Origin: Octopus sinensis
Taxonomy: Eukaryota
Direction: 5' to 3'
DNA length: 64,000 bases
Assembly (NCBI RefSeq): GCF_006345805.1
Contig: NC_043023.1
Location: forward strand, 5,270,001 to 5,334,000
The position numbers were made by a program, and so were the translations under genes. Shown here one piece after another: positions 62,261 through 64,000 of the stretch (position 1 is the first letter of the stretch; the number at the start of each line of letters is the position of its first letter). The notes beneath the pieces are model-generated. The model did not search any database and had not been told where the DNA came from. It worked only from the letters and a program-made list of their open reading frames with translations.

Positions 62261-62351
62261 TAATAATAATAATAATAAATAACAATGATGGTGATGATGA
62301 CAATAATGATGATAATAATGATAAGAAAAAGAATAATAACAACATGTTAAT

Positions 62352-62383
<32 letters not shown>

Positions 62384-62650
62384 ACCACAGCAAATACAGC
62401 TGTCAAGACAATAACTCTGACTTTTTCCTATAATAATAATTCCCTCCTAAAACAACAACTATATCACATCCAATAATAATAATAACAATAATAATAATAA
62501 TAACAATAATAATAATAATAATAATAATAAGGATGATGATAATAACAATGATATTAATTATAATAATAATGGTATAAGGGTGATGATGACAATAATAATA
62601 CCAATTATAATAATAATAACAAAAAATAATGAATTTAATAATAATAATAA

Positions 62651-62695
<45 letters not shown>

Positions 62696-62833
62696 CAACT
62701 ATAACCGTGGATGGTAACCTCGGTTATAATTTTTATCGCTTTATAACCCCTATATATCTTCTCAACTCAGAAATCTGAACTTCATAACATATATCTACCC
62801 ACAAACTGTGTTAACCAACCAAACAACAACAGC

Positions 62834-62892
<59 letters not shown>

Positions 62893-63688
62893 CAATAACA
62901 ACAACAACAATAATAACAACTACTACTATTACTACTACAAACAGCAAATTGTATGATTCTCCAAAATAAGTAACCACTTTTTTTAAAACTACATATATAT
63001 ATAAAACACACACACACACATGCATATTCGCTTTTAAAACTCTCTTCAAAACTGACAAAATATAAAATACCTGTAATTTATAACACTGCTAATATATTTA
63101 TGAAAGCACTACATGCATGTATGTATGCATACATGCATGAACCTGTATATATATTCGATATAGATGCTATAGTGCACTTGCAACTTTTGTATCTAATCTG
63201 ATACCATCTCTGACATTAAAAACATGAAAAGACAAAGATAATATTAAGATTACGCAGAGTGTCAATTTACACTCTTTTTCTTGCATCACTTGGAAAATAT
63301 GAAGATAATGAAACATGAACAATTATTAGTTATTTCCAAGTTTATATTGTTGTTAAATTTACCATTTTACACATTTTTATTACTTTATGAATTATATTAC
63401 ATAAGTTTATCTTCTCTACACATCCAGTGAAGGTTTCACTCTCAAATTTGTCACAAAAAGATGACAATATTCAAGAATACATATATACATCATATATATA
63501 AAAATACACACATATACACACACACGTTTCTGTGTATGTGTGATAGTTGTAGTAGCAATATCCATGTTCATCTATATCAAAATATAATTAGTGGAACACA
63601 AGGTACAAGAACACATGAAAAGGTATGATTTTTTGCATCTAAGATACATCAACTGAGAATAAATAATAACAACACCAACATAAATATC

Positions 63689-63719
<31 letters not shown>

Positions 63720-63755
63720 ATAAATTTAATAACAAAAAATAATAAATTTAATAAC

Positions 63756-63814
<59 letters not shown>

Positions 63815-64000
63815 TTTCTTACAGATAACCTTGTATATATATATATATATATTTATGTATATATATTTATATATATATAGTGTGTCACTCTCCTACCCCT
63901 CTCCCATTCAACCTTGTTTCTTTCTCTCTCTATCTTCCTCTCAATCTCTCACTCTCTATTTCACAGTGTTATCACATAAAAGAATGTTATCTCTATACAT

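Noticed and set aside
63900-64000. Next myosin exon after the pyrimidine tract and ttcacag
   Set aside because: The sequence after the AG does not encode GKFIRIHF or an LEDQ variant. Any exon lies beyond the window.

Overview
Eukaryotic, AT-rich, repeat-dense DNA, most likely an Octopus species. That assignment is inferred from the cephalopod-like myosin peptide and the SINE, RTE and microsatellite landscape. There is one 100-N gap at 43485-43584. Two host genes can be supported, and they face away from each other. (1) On the minus strand, three short exons (20143-20418, 18129-18176, 14928-15001) splice in frame into the N-terminus of a MEI1-like meiotic protein. (2) On the plus strand, five exons of a muscle myosin-II heavy chain motor domain (46751-62136) include two 112-nt mutually exclusive P-loop/loop-1 exons, plus candidate extra loop-1 micro-exons. 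The rest is a mix of mobile elements: tRNA-derived SINEs of several families; RTE, Tx1/L1-like and CRE LINE fragments; a Penelope-like GIY-YIG element; Tc1, mariner, DD37D and Tigger relics; MITEs; a tRNA-Asp pseudogene; and microsatellites. The least explained signal is a recurring set of head-to-head palindromic insertions. Among them, a (TA)n-embedded family (1451-1708, the 499-bp inverted array at 7403-9986, and 15181-15324) keeps the same multi-stem architecture through compensatory base changes. Nearly all long ORFs in the supplied track are microsatellite artefacts. All analysis was done by eye. Family names and homologies come from recall and need database confirmation. SINE and LINE boundaries are approximate.
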